Assembly (NCBI RefSeq): GCF_009834535.1
Contig: NC_045697.1
Location: forward strand, 39,372,001-39,436,000
Reading direction: 5' to 3'
DNA: 64,000 bases
From: Camelus ferus
Lineage: Eukaryota
In this document: positions 40,441 to 52,500 of the stretch, in pieces
How the letters are laid out: each line of letters opens with the position of its first letter
How positions within the stretch are numbered: position 1 is the first letter of the stretch
Made by a program: the position numbers and the translations under genes
Notes under the pieces: model-generated
Told to the model about the DNA's origin: nothing
What the model saw: only the letters and a program-made list of their open reading frames with translations
Databases searched by the model: none

Positions 40441-41301
40441 CCTGCCTGTCTACAACACAGGGAAAAGAACGCTGTGAAAACTAAATTTAGGATTCTGGCC
40501 AAAATAGCCACTGCCAATCAGATGTTGTTTTGCTGCATCCTGGAACAACAAGGCTTCTAGACATCTTTTTGTATATTTGTCTTCTCGTTTATATTAATAA
40601 AAGATGGTTTCACATATGTAAATTTTAATTTTTAACAGTTAAGCTTGAACAGTGAATAGAAACAGAGTTAGAATTCTTTTTTCCTTAAATTGCAGACCTG
40701 TTTCACATTTTAGGAAAACCCTGGTCAGATGCTCCATAACCTCTTTCTGTCAACTAGTGGTTTGAGCAGCCTCCACTAGGGGTGGAGCATGGTGATGGAG
40801 AAAACCTTGAGCACAATTCTAGTCCCAAACAGAGAAACTTTCTTTTCAGACTGAGATTTTATGTGTCTAAATTAAATTAGTTCTTCCTCCTGGAAGCCAG
40901 AATATTATCCTTGCTACCCCGGAAATGAAAAATAATTTTATATTCATTTACATATATATGGTTCCCCTTTAATTACAATCCATCAAACCAATATTACTTC
41001 TACTGTGGGTATATGGTTGGGATTCCACTGTGTGTGACATAATAAAGCATTAATCTTATATCCCTGACTCCTAAAACAGTACCTGGAATATACAGGAGGT
41101 CTGTAGTAACTGCTGAATAAATAGTTACAGGAGAATGGCACAGGGAAGCGAGGAGAAATATGTACTGATCAAAATACACAAGTATAATATGCTTGTATCC
41201 TTATATTATATTCATCATTTAAACTGATTTATATAAAAATAAAATTCTTGTTGGTAACATTAGATTTCAGATGTCTCATCTCCATGGGACAGGAGTGAAC
41301 A

Positions 41302-41401
41302 NNNNNNNNNNNNNNNNNNNNNNNNNNNNNNNNNNNNNNNNNNNNNNNNNNNNNNNNNNNNNNNNNNNNNNNNNNNNNNNNNNNNNNNNNNNNNNNNNNN
41401 N
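41302..41401. other. Assembly gap (100 N)
   Basis: Run of exactly 100 N, the usual placeholder for a gap of unknown length. Confidence 0.99.
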
Positions 41402-41599
41402 CTAGCTTTTTTTTTATGTTGATTGAGAATACAGGTAAAAGTGCTTAATAATATTTTTTAAAAATATTTCTTCTGCTCTAATATTTCTCAATTGGAATAT
41501 TGGTTTACTATTCATACCTTGTAATTGGCAACATCTTTGCTCTTAGCCTTGCCACAGTTGGAAATCAGGTGTGTTCCAAAAAGAGGGATTTACTCAACT

Positions 41600-41790
41600 T
41601 AATGCATTTGTGAGAACATAGGTCTCAGTCAGAGAAGCCTGCGTTTGAAACCTGGCTTTGTCCATTATTGGCTGTGCAAGTCTGAACCTTTCTTGAGCCT
41701 CAGTCTCTCACTTGATAAACATGAATTATACCTATACCGCCGGAATGGTTGTGATAACTAAATGAGAGTATGTGTGGGAGACTTGGTGAT
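41600..41790 (+). mobile_element. MIR SINE
   Basis: 'agtcagagaagcctgcgtttgaaacctggc...gagcctcagtctctcacttgataaa'. Confidence 0.75.
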
Positions 41791-42294
41791 TGTTTCCTAT
41801 ACCCCTTCACAAGTTAAAACACCTCTTTAATTATAGTTCCAGGAATGGTTATTCACTTAATATGAATATTTTCTTATTTGTTCACAACTTTAACTTTTCC
41901 AGATTTTTTAAAAAGAATATAAGCCATGTTACTTTTTTTACAGTCTCACAGTGGGTCAGGCACTGTCCTAGCCACAGGTCATATGTTTAAAACAATTTTT
42001 TAATACAAAGTTTAACAAATTGGATTATCATTAAAAAATCAAAAGTAATTGCTTCAAGAATTTTAACTTATCCTTTAATCAGAGGTAAGATTTGAAAAAA
42101 TTTCAGTGGAATCTTCCTGATAAACAGGTTGAAAATGAAGAACTCAGTTATTAAAGGCCACAGACATATGTTCCCGTGAGCACTATATTCCTGCTTGTTT
42201 CTTCTGTCTTACAGATTTTATATTCTTGCAGAATATAATTATGGAATATAATGTGATATTTTAATTTCATACAAAATATAAATCTTTGTTATTT

Positions 42295-42595
42295 TTTCTC
42301 CCAGTTTCCTTGAGATATAGGTGGCATATAACACTGTATGAGTTTAAAGTGTACAACATGATGATTTGATATACGTGTATATTGTGAAATGATTACGACA
42401 GTAAGTTTAATTAACATCCATCACAGAGGTTTTTTTTTTCTTGTGATGAGAACTTTTAAGATCTACTCTTAGCAGCTTTCAAATATACAACAGAGTATTA
42501 ACTATAGTCGCCATACTGTACATTACATCCGCAGGAATTATTTTACAACTGGAAGTTTGTTATTTTTTGACCACCTTCACCGGTTTCCCTCATCC
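42295..42595 (-). mobile_element. L1 3' end (L1MA9-like)
   Basis: 'gtttaaagtgtacaacatgatgatttgatatacgtgtatattgtgaaatgatt'. Confidence 0.85.
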
Positions 42596-43127
42596 TGTAT
42601 TTATTGTCCTTGATTCTTTTTTCTTTTTCGGATCCCTGAACTTTTTTCTCTGAAATCCCTTAGAAATTATATTCACGCTTACTCTTTTCAATTCTTTTGT
42701 CTGATGACACTCATGGAATCCTATTTCTTCTCCTAACTTTTAAATGAGTCCCAAAGTGCTTCCAGGAGCAACCCAAGATGTTTGCACCACACATTAATTG
42801 TGCAAATATTTGTTACGAAGCTTACAAGGAAACAATAAGATATTGCCCTGTCCTTCAAGGAGTTCACAATCTAGAAGGATAGGTTTGTTAACACTAGCAA
42901 TGCCGTGTGTAAGTATTATACTAGTTGTTTAAACCAGACACATGTGCACAAAGAGACAACTTTAGTCAACAATGCTGATGACATTGGTGCTGGGTATTGA
43001 AGTGTGTAAAGCTCTGTATTAAAGTGAGAAAGGAGACAGGGGCATTTCTGGCAAATACCAGGTCATAAACAAAAGTTCTGAAGTGGGAAAGCATAAGCCT
43101 TATTTAATTTGAAGAATGATAACGTAC

Positions 43128-43908
43128 TACTTTTCTACTGCTGCTGTAACAAATTATCACCAATTTAGTGACTTAAAACAACTTTATTTACTGTTCAGTA
43201 GGTCAGAAGTCTGTAGTCAGTTTCACTGGGTCAAAATCAAGGTCTGTCTTGTCCCTCTAAAGGCCACTTTAAAAAAAAATTTTTATTGAAGTGTACTTGT
43301 TTTACAATGTTACTTTCAAGTGTACAGCAAAGTGACTTGGTTATACATATATATACACATATTTTTTTCTTTTCAGATTCTTTCCATTATATGTTACTAC
43401 AGGAAATTGATTATGGTTCCCTGTGCTATACACTAGGTCCTTGTTGTTTATCTACTTTATATATAGTAAAGTGTGTCTGTTAATCCCCAACCCCTAATTT
43501 ATCCCTCCCTGCTCTTTCCCCTTTGGTAGCATTATTTGTTTTCTGTGTCCGTGAGTCTGTTTTTGGTTTGTAAATAGGATGTGTATCATTAGAGGCCACT
43601 TTCATTCCTTGGCTGTGGCCACTTCCTCTCTCTTCAAGCCAATACCTTGTACCTTCAGATCTCTCTGACACAGTCGCTGACTACATCATCACAGCTCCCC
43701 TGACTCCGACCTCTTCCTGCCTTCTTATAAGGACTCATGTGATTGGGCCACACTGAGGTTAGGTTATCCAGAATAATCGTCCCCATCGCAAGGTCCTTAA
43801 TTTAATTACACCTGCAAAATCCTTTTGCCATGCAAGGTGACATATTCACAAGTTCTGGGCATTAGGATGTGGGCACATTTGGATGAGATTATTATCCAGC
43901 CTACCACC
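43128..43908 (-). mobile_element. MaLR solo LTR (MLT1C/E-like), interrupted by an L1
   Basis: 'ctgctgctgtaacaaattatcaccaatttagtgacttaaaacaac' and 'ccttaatttaattacacctgcaaaatccttttgccatg...ctaccac'. Confidence 0.85.
43271..43589 (-). mobile_element. Artiodactyl-type L1 3' end with TSD
   Basis: 'gttccctgtgctatacactaggtccttgttg'; 13-bp TSD taaaggccacttt (43258) / tagaggccacttt (43590). Confidence 0.9.
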
Positions 43909-45392
43909 AGCAAGAGGTAAGAGTTTAAGATATATAATGGAGATAAGGCTAATAGGGAATTTGATTTTGAAAAGCCTTGAAGCCATGCTAAGGAGTTTGG
44001 AATTTCGTCTATAGGCCTACAGTTTTTATTCTTTTAAAAGGTTAAAAATATTATGATGGATGCTCACTTCAGTGTGCACATACTCAGAATCCAAATACAA
44101 TTACATGGGTGATCACAGGTGCCTTGAGCCCCATCTATGGAGCCCTTAGCCCTAAAGAGAAGGAGAACAAGCAGGAAAGGAATATAGCCAAACCAGTTTC
44201 AGAAATGTACGGGTGTAGTTGTACTGAAGGGATGCTGATGGGGTCCACATTTAAAATGTTTACATTTTAAAAATGGCTGTGAGAACAGAGAAGAAATTGA
44301 CTTGAAAACTTTCAAGAGGTAGAATAAACATGCTGTGACAATTTTCTAAGGAGGGATTAAGGAAGCCAGAGGAGGCTGCAGCAGCCTTTGAGATGTCTAT
44401 GAAAATGATCATAATGCATACTTCCTACTGAAATTTCCTCCCACTTCATGACATGATTTCTAGAGTCTACCTGAAACCAAGTGCAACTTTCTGCTCAAAC
44501 ATGTTGTTTGCCAACTGATTAAACTTCTTCTGTTGGTAGGGCAACCATATAAAACTGTAGTCCCAGCATAGGTCAGTGATTTTTTTAGAACCATTTAAAA
44601 ATATTTAAATCAAACTTACTTATAAAACACTAAGCTAAAAATTGTGTTTCTCTGAAGTTCTGTTGCCAAAGATATTATGACTTAGGTAATATAGTTTCTT
44701 AAACCAGAGGTAAGAAAGAATTCAGAATTACTTGTGAAGAGAGACAAAAAGCGTCAAGTTTCTTCTGGTTCTGGATTTATACAGCAAATTTGTTTGAAGA
44801 CTGAATCAACACTGGTGGTATCGCAGTGTTACTTTCAGGATATAGGGATGGTGAAAGAAAAGTCAGGACCTGACAAGAAACCCCCTTGGTGAACAGACAT
44901 TTCTTACTGCTACTTAAGGATAAGGTGGTCTAGAAAATCCCCTGGTGGAATGTTTCAGGGTGGTCCACATAGGCCTCCTCAGGTCCCCATCTCATGACCT
45001 GGTCCACAGAGGACCTTGCATTGGAGTTAGTGTGGAGGGGAGAGAAAGATCTTTAAAATGTAAGACATACTTTTCGGTGATTTTGGGTTCTTAGGATCCT
45101 GGTGGAGAGGGTTTTTCGATCCCCTGGCAGTAGCCTTTGTTGGTACCTCCCCTAGCCTCAGCTTCCCTAGAACACTTTTAAACGTGAAAGGGGACTCTAT
45201 TAATAATTCCATTGAGCCAACAAGCATAATTCGAAACTTTCCCAGGCAGACTGGAGTTTAAAGTACCCGAGTTATTAGGCACTGCTCCGGTGTCCTGGAA
45301 AACAAAACTTTATGCCTCTCCTTTCTTCATGCCTCTCTTATCTTGACTAGCATGGCACCTTGTTTGCCTCTTTTGTAAAGTCAGTTATCAGT

Positions 45393-45526
45393 TTTTTGGG
45401 GGGAGGATAATTAGGTTAATTTATTTATTATTGTTCATTTTTTACTTAATGGAGGTACTGGGGATTGAACCCTTGACCTCATGAATGCTAAGTGTGTGCT
45501 CTACCACTGAGCTATACCCTCACCCC
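45393..45526 (-). mobile_element. Camelid tRNA-derived SINE (Vic-1-like) with TSD
   Basis: Minus strand GGGTATAGCTCAGTGGTAGAG...GGGTTCAATCCCCAGTACCTCC; TSD cagttatcagt at 45382 and 45527. Confidence 0.92.
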
Positions 45527-46418
45527 CAGTTATCAGTCTTGCGAGTTTTTTTCTGCAAATTTATGTGATTTATCCTTCACTATCTAAATTCAGAGACAAG
45601 TTCATCTCAGCTGAGTTATTATGAACAGGGTCCACTTATCTATAATGAGTCTCCTTCCTATCCTAGCACCTCTTAGTCAGCCTTCCAGATTAATCTGGCC
45701 CTAGTTTTGTCAAGCTGTTCATTCTGTTTAAGAACCTACAGTAGTTCCCGATTGTTGATGAGGTCGAGCCTAGGTTTCTTTGCTGTTTCCAACTCCTTGC
45801 TTTTTTGTGCCGATGCCGGCCTGTGTGCTCATCACACAGACCACGTTAGAACACCCTCTCCTTCCTCGGCCATTCTAGCCAGTGACATCTGTGTAAGTCA
45901 GCTCAACATATGCCTCCAGCCACTTTCATTTCGTGTATTCGAATTTTAGAATTTTCTGAAATACTAAGGGCACACATTTTAAATTTGATTATACAATTTG
46001 TTGTATTTGCTAGTTGATGGATTAAGACTCAAGTGCCTTCAGGCGCCATGAGGTAATTATACACTGTGAAGCTGTCAGAATGATGAACAACAGGCATTAA
46101 GTGTTTGTGTTGATTGCTAGCAATAGTCATTTCCACCCAGGTACAGGTGCATGGCCTTTGAAATCACTATGCAGGTGAGACAAAATGGCTAAACAGAATA
46201 CCTTCACAAGGTATGCAATTTATGTCCTAAATATTTTTTACATATACTGCATAGTTCCAGTGATACACCATTTCCCATACCTCTCCTTAACCATAATTCC
46301 TGGAATAGTAATAAGTACACCTTGTGCATTGTATAAGTGCTTATGAAATTTAAAAGTTCAATTATGGCTTTAGCAAGCTTATTGGGAAAATAACTAAAAC
46401 TGTTCTCAAAAGAATCTA

Positions 46419-46578
46419 CTATAAAATAAGCTACAAGGATACATTGTGCAACACAGGGAATGTAGCCGTATTTTAATAATTATAAACGGAGTATATAACC
46501 TTTAAAAATTGTGAATCACTGTTGTACACCTAAAACTTATCTAATGTTGTGAACCAACTGTACCTCAATTTAAAAAAA
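46419..46578 (+). mobile_element. Short L1 3' end
   Basis: 'acacagggaatgtagcc...gtgaatcactgttgtacacc...caactgtacctcaatt' plus an A tail; TSD-like aagaatcta / aaaaatcta. Confidence 0.8.
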
Positions 46579-47636
46579 ATCTAGCTATGTCTTGTTTCCC
46601 GGGTGTAGGTTTCGGATCATCATGGATATACAGTGCTTCCTGTCCCTAAGTCAGCCCTCTTGCCCACTTGATAGTGGGCTGGGTCCTGACCCTCCTGCTG
46701 TGGAGGCTGATGTGGTGGATCTGCTTTGGTTTCCAGGGGATAGGGGATGATATCCAGGGGTCTGCCCTCAGGGAAGGGGCGTGTTAAGAGTTAAGGTGGG
46801 GCTATAAATAGGTCTAGAAGAAGGGGCCGTAGGGAAGCTAGTGAGAAAGTAATAGACATGCAGGTCAGACAATGGAGCTTACAGAATGCCCCATGAATCT
46901 GGAGTGTCTAAACTGTGGGTTGTATTAAAGAGTGATGAGACCAGTACTCAGCACCTGAGATAAAAAGACAGCTGAATTTATTCACTCCTGTGGTAAGGGA
47001 AAGCTCGGCTGGTCAGGCAGTCTTTCTGAGCAGAGCAGACTCCTATTCTATATAGGGCTTTTGGGAAGCGTGGAATTAGGATTGGGAGGTTTTCAGGGGT
47101 TTGTTGGCATTATCTGAAAGAGAGTGGTTATTCAAATGGATTGTTTGGCACTCAAAGACATGTTTATTAAAATGAGTATTCTTCACTGGCCAGAAGTCAT
47201 GGGTTTTCGGTGATGGATTGGCTTGCAAAATCAATTGGTTTACCAAGGCAAGTTGCCAACTGATTGAACAGGTTTAAATTAGTCAAGTTGGCTATTGGTT
47301 TCCATGGTTGCAGAGCACTCCATCTTTCCCTAGGACTGTAGTCATTTTTTCTTCCCCTTCCTGAATTGGGATGGGAATACATCTAGAATTCAGAATGAAG
47401 ATGAGATACTCAGATTTAAACTGGACCTTTTTTATGGAAATCTTTCAGAAAAATAATTAGGAGAAGGTAAGAGTAGGCCCAACCCCAGGTGATAGGGCAG
47501 TTTTAACAACACAGATTAACAAAGCCAAAAAAGACCTATTTACTGCTCTTTTCCAAGGAACTGAAGCACACAGGCTAGTCTTTCTATGAGTATATGAGGA
47601 ATCTAATTCCCAATAATGTTACTGAATGTTCTAGAG

Positions 47637-47829
47637 CAAGGGTCAGCAAATTTTATTATAAAGGGTCAAATGGTAAATATTTTAGACTTTCTGGGCCCAA
47701 TCTCTTGCAACTACTGAGTTCTGTCACAGTACTGCCAAATTAGCCAGAGACATTCTGGAAACAGAAGGGTGTGACCAGATTTGGTCTAGGGTAGCTGACT
47801 TGGCACACAGGCTAGTTTGCTGACCCCTG
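47637..47829 (+). mobile_element. hAT-Charlie MITE (MER58A-like)
   Basis: TIRs 'caagggtcagcaaa' / 'tttgctgacccctg', with hAT-type NNCTAGAN 8-bp target duplication (ttctagag / gcctagat). Confidence 0.88.
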
Positions 47830-49371
47830 GCCTAGATCAAGTCATCTTTCAGGTACATCTACTGTCATGGATTCAAACACTGAAGTATCTAAACCCTTCT
47901 GGTTGAAAGAGAGTATATAAATGCTAAATAGTCGCTGACTGGCTGATTTCTGATTTCCTGTCTGGTTGGATGTCATTGATTTTGGGTCAAGTTGGGATAC
48001 TTATTGAGAAATAGCTGGGACAGAGCCAGAGCTTGAGCAGAGACTGAGTTTAGACAAAAAGAGCCTCCACTGTCCCACTTCTGATGGGCCTCAGGTGGTT
48101 CATGCTGTAGTTGCCACCACCACCACCAACCCCCCCACCCCCATGCCCCAATACCTGCTGGTCCCTGCTACACGGCTGACATCCTGTCTCTGGGCTACTG
48201 CTCTTTTGGTACCTCTTATGTCAACTCTAGTAGCAGAGATTTTATCCTTTGAAAATTGGTGTGTCTTCCAGCTAACATCAGAAGGCTTGGCTTTGAAGCA
48301 TTTTTAGCTTTTTTGGAGGCTAGAGGATAACCTGGCCTTTTAAGCTTCCTCCATCAAGCTTCCCCAGGTCAAAGGGTGGTTTGAATGATAGCATCCTAGG
48401 GGCCTGACCATTCGTTATGAAGTAATTTTGACGCCTTCCTCCAGGGTGCCCAGGGTTCTTCTTGAGAATAGGGCATCCTTTGTCTTGCCATGGTATTTCA
48501 GCATTTCTGGAAGTGGTCATGGAATTAGCCCACCTTAGTGGGCTATTCAGAAAAGCACTTTTAAAAACTTTATCCTTTCTGGGGGAGAAGCAATAACTCA
48601 TATCAGCAAATCTCTTGGTTGTGGCTTGTATATCTTAAAGTTCTTTGTAAATCGATACTCAGGAATATACATGCATGATAGCTCAGAGAACTTTCTGGAA
48701 TCAATTGGAGTCTATCACTTTCATCCATTTGGGGTCAGGAGAAAACATTTCATACTCTAGTTACAGATATAGCCCATGGAGAAACAAACTTTACAGTGAA
48801 GAGTATCTTCTGGTGCTTGTTAAATGGCCTGTTCAGGGATTCTCTTTGCAAGTGAAATTCAGTCATGACAGAGAAAAATAAGGATGAAAATTAGTCACCA
48901 CACTAATTTTACTTCATAGTGGTATATAAGAAGTAATGAAAATTAGGACTAGTTTTTTTTCCTCCCATGTTGTCCTTATGTAGTAATATCCAAAATGGAA
49001 TTGCCTATTAGATAAACAATAACAAGAAGTATAATTCTTTGGTTCTCTAGCTTGTTCTAACATAACTGAATGTTTTTGAAATTCATCATGAAGAACTGAT
49101 TGGAAAGAAGGGCAATACAATTTTTAAAGAAATGGATAATGAGAGAAGGCTATCTTTATTAGATATTTAAATGAATTATAAAGATATCATTATTTAAATG
49201 TCATGAAAGTGATATAAAACTAGAAAAAATAGAATGTTAGCCTGAAAAATCCCCTATATGTGCATGTGTGTGTATGTGTGTATATATGAATTTAATATAT
49301 AGTACGGTTAAGTATAGGAAAAGTGGGAAATGAAAAATTTGCTGTAAATTTTTAGGGGCAGATTCCTTAGT

Positions 49372-49885
49372 ATATCAGTTAGGGTAAAGACAAACTTGTT
49401 TCATATACACACATATGTAAGACCTTCAAATACAGTAGCATAATGTGAGTTTTATTTCATTCTCATGTAAAAGTTCCCCTTGGCCTCAGCTTGTAAGGCC
49501 CTTGTATTCCTCAAGGGCATTCTGAAGTCCAGGTCCCTTCCATCTAGTTACTCTGTCATCCCCTGAGACGTGGTCCATCTTCTGCATGGCTGAAGCTAGG
49601 TTTCTGGTGCACCCTCATTCTGGCATGTCATGAAGGGCAAGGAGAGTAAATGTGGAGCAAGGGATTTTATACTAAGCACATGACACAGAAGTTGCACAGG
49701 TCGTATTTGCACCCCTTCTATTAATATGTGAGTAGTCACATGGCCCTATGCACCTGTGTGGAAGCTTGAGGAACGTGGTCTTTAGCTGGATAACCATGTG
49801 CTCAGCCACAACTACGGAGAAAGAGCTCTAATATTATAAGAAGGAGAGATTACATACTAAGAGAGTTAACATCCTGGGCCAGTAG
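49372..49885 (-). mobile_element. Old MaLR LTR (MLT1K-like)
   Basis: 'cttccatctagttactctgtcatccc', 'gtagtcacatggccc' and 'ctttagctggataaccatgtgc'. Confidence 0.7.
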
Positions 49886-50099
49886 TTATATGAAAAATAA
49901 AAATCAAATCAATTTAGATCTTCATCTTCTAATATATTTTGATATTCCAAATAGATATATACTGAAACCACATGATGAGCATCCAAAACAGTTAGTTACA
50001 GCACTTGGCAAATGGTAATAAAAATAAGTGCTTTTTATGGGATTATATCATTTGATCCTTACAGTGACCCTATAAAAGAGACTGTTAACTGATAAGACT

Positions 50100-50680
50100 C
50101 CAGTTGCTAAATGGATGAAGAAAATGATCAAAGATAGTTCACAGAACAGAAAATACAAATGACTGAGGATTTTTCATATTTTTAATGTTACGATAGTAAA
50201 AAGAAATACAGGTTTTAAAATGAGAAATCATTTTCACTTACTAATTTAGGAAATATTTTACAAAATATTCAGACTTGGGTAAGGCATGTTGCAGAGTATA
50301 AACTGCCAGAGCCAATGTATGTCAAGATCTTTAGCATGTGTTCATGTTCTCTGTGATCCAGAAATTTCACTTTTAGGAGCCTTTACTAGAAAACAGTCAG
50401 AATGAGGAGAAGGCATTACTTAAAATCACACACATAAAATCAGGAACCATATAACTGTCAAAAAATGGGAGAATGACTAAATTGTTGTATATACAGAATG
50501 CAATATTACACAATACTAAAATACTTTAGTGTTAAAAGTATGGAGCATGCCTCTGATACAATGTTAAGTGATAAAAATTAGGACATAAAATTATCAGAAA
50601 TTAGATTTACCTGATGTTTTTTTAAAAATCATAGAAAAGATACTGCAAGTAGATTTGTTAAATGTTTCTGGGTGTCCTCT
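50100..50680 (+). mobile_element. Very old L1ME 3' region
   Basis: 'gatccagaaatttcacttttagga' and 'gaatgactaaattgttgtat'. Confidence 0.55.
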
Positions 50681-51899
50681 GTTACTCTCTTACTACATCT
50701 TTGCTTCTTTATTAGCATCTCCACATTTATTAATCAGAATGGTTTATTTACTTAATCCTCCCTCCCTCCACTAGATGATCCATGAGAGAAAGTACCACAC
50801 ATTGTCAGTAAGTTACATAGCATAGTGCCTGGCTTGGTATAGGCAATACGTACTGACTGGGTGATGTTGAGTGATGGTCCTCGAGGTGACCTAGTCTTTA
50901 AGCTTTTATTTTTCACCGTGGACCAGCAACATTTGTATAATCAGAAAAACAAACAAACAAATTTTAAAAGTATTAGAACAAGTTTATTTTATGGTCATTT
51001 TCTTTGCTAATCAGCCCAATTGTGTCTATTGGGTGAATGGGAAGCAGAAATGATAAACTCTAGATTAAGGTAGAAGTAGAAAATATTTCTTTTTGTGATG
51101 GAGAAGAGTCTGTCCATTTTCCCACACCCATTCCCTTGTATGGCCTTGGGATTGTTTTCCTGCCATGTGGAAATAAGTCTGTGCAGTGTTTTGTGTGCAC
51201 AGACAGAAATAAAATGTGCTCTGTTGTGTCCTGTGGCTTGCTCAACAGTTTGTTATCTTTTTGGCTCTGCTACAGGTAGCCTTGGTTGGCTATATAGATA
51301 CACAAAGAATACTAGATTTGAAGAAAAGTATTGAAATGGGATCTGATTTCAGTTTTCCCTTTGCCTCCCACCTTCTCTTCTTAAGATATAACTCTATTAA
51401 TGTTTTGTTACTGGGAGCAATTTAAGTCTTTCAAAGTTGGGGTCAAGTGAAACTTTCCATGTAACCTTTATCAGCGTTGTCTTAAATGTGCCATGCCAGT
51501 AAAAAAGATTTGGCAGAAAAGTGGTAATGGAAAAAAAAAAAAAAAACAGGACAGTTTCCTTCTGGCTTATATGAAGTAGATATTTTAGCTACCTGTTCAA
51601 ATATTTGGAAACTGTAAAATCAGATTTTTCTACTGGCACAGCGTATGGAGTAGGAAGTTCTTGAAAGATCAGCTGGAGGCTCATTTTCCAGACTGTAAGG
51701 CACACACGTGGAATTGTGGATGTTGTTCTATGTTTATCACAGTGTTTATGTGAGTAAGGTAATTTGAGAGTAATTATTAGAAGCAGTACGGAACAGCTAC
51801 ATAAAACAGCATTTTCATTTAGAACAATTCTGACAGGAAAAAAAAAGTAAAGGGAAGGAAACTTTGACAGAGTTTAACTGATTTCTGGGGGGGCCATAG

Positions 51900-52500
51900 A
51901 ATTGAGTCGGCCTCGGGAAAGTGAGGAGTTCGCAGATTTAAACCTGAGTGTAAAGATGCGGCGACGGGAAGCAAGTGTGTGTTTTCGCTTTCTGTCCTTG
52001 GTCCTGTTGGTGAAGACCGCCAGGTGACCAGTGTTTTCTGAACGGAAGCAGCCAGTGTGTGCGGCATCTGGCAAGTCAGGTTTAAGAGAAAGATGTCAGC
52101 GCCTGAAGCCCCGGGTCACGTGACTCCCTCCACCGCCAGGACTAGACGCTCAGGGTCGGGTTTCAACTCCAGGCGGTCCTGCCAGCCATGTGGGTCTGGC
52201 CAAAAGAGAAGCAGAGCCACACTTGGGAAAATGTTGGGAGCTGCCCTTAGCGTGCCGTCGGCCTCTGGGTCCGGAGCTTGTGTCCCACATCCCAGTGTAT
52301 CGACTGCATGGAATTTGAGCGCCGTGCTGCCCTTCTGACGTTTTCGCCTCGGCTTCATCAGTTCTGCCCGGCGCTCCCTGCGAGAATGGGGGCAGGAGCT
52401 CTCGCCATCTGTGTGAGTACAGGCCGCCTCTCCGCCGGCGCCGCGGGGCCGGGTGAGGCCTCAGCCCTCCCGGTCCTGATGAGATGTCCGTGTGACTTTG
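51900..52500 (+). promoter_or_regulatory. FAM13A: CpG-rich promoter / 5'UTR of FAM13A
   Basis: Local CpG and GC enrichment in an otherwise CpG-depleted, AT-rich window. Palindromic E-box GTCACGTGAC at 52115-52124 and ETS core CGGAAG at ~52043. Immediately precedes the coding exon. TSS not determinable from sequence. Confidence 0.8.
52386..52412 (+). CDS. FAM13A: FAM13A first coding exon (N-terminal 9 aa, MGAGALAIC; phase-0 intron follows)
   Basis: ATG GGG GCA GGA GCT CTC GCC ATC TGT with strong Kozak context (A at -3, G at +4), followed directly by donor GTGAGT at 52413-52418. The peptide matches the FAM13A long-isoform N-terminus as I recall it (MGAGALAICQSKAAVRL...). It sits in the most CpG-rich patch of the window. 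Confidence 0.93.

Noticed and set aside
40771..40788. CTCF-like CCACTAGGGGTGGA
   Set aside because: Only 11/14 match, with mismatches in the GGCRS core.
46920..47370. Possible antisense LTR (also ~54550-55300)
   Set aside because: LTR-like texture and a reversed AATAAA, but I could not identify the family or ends, so it is left unannotated.
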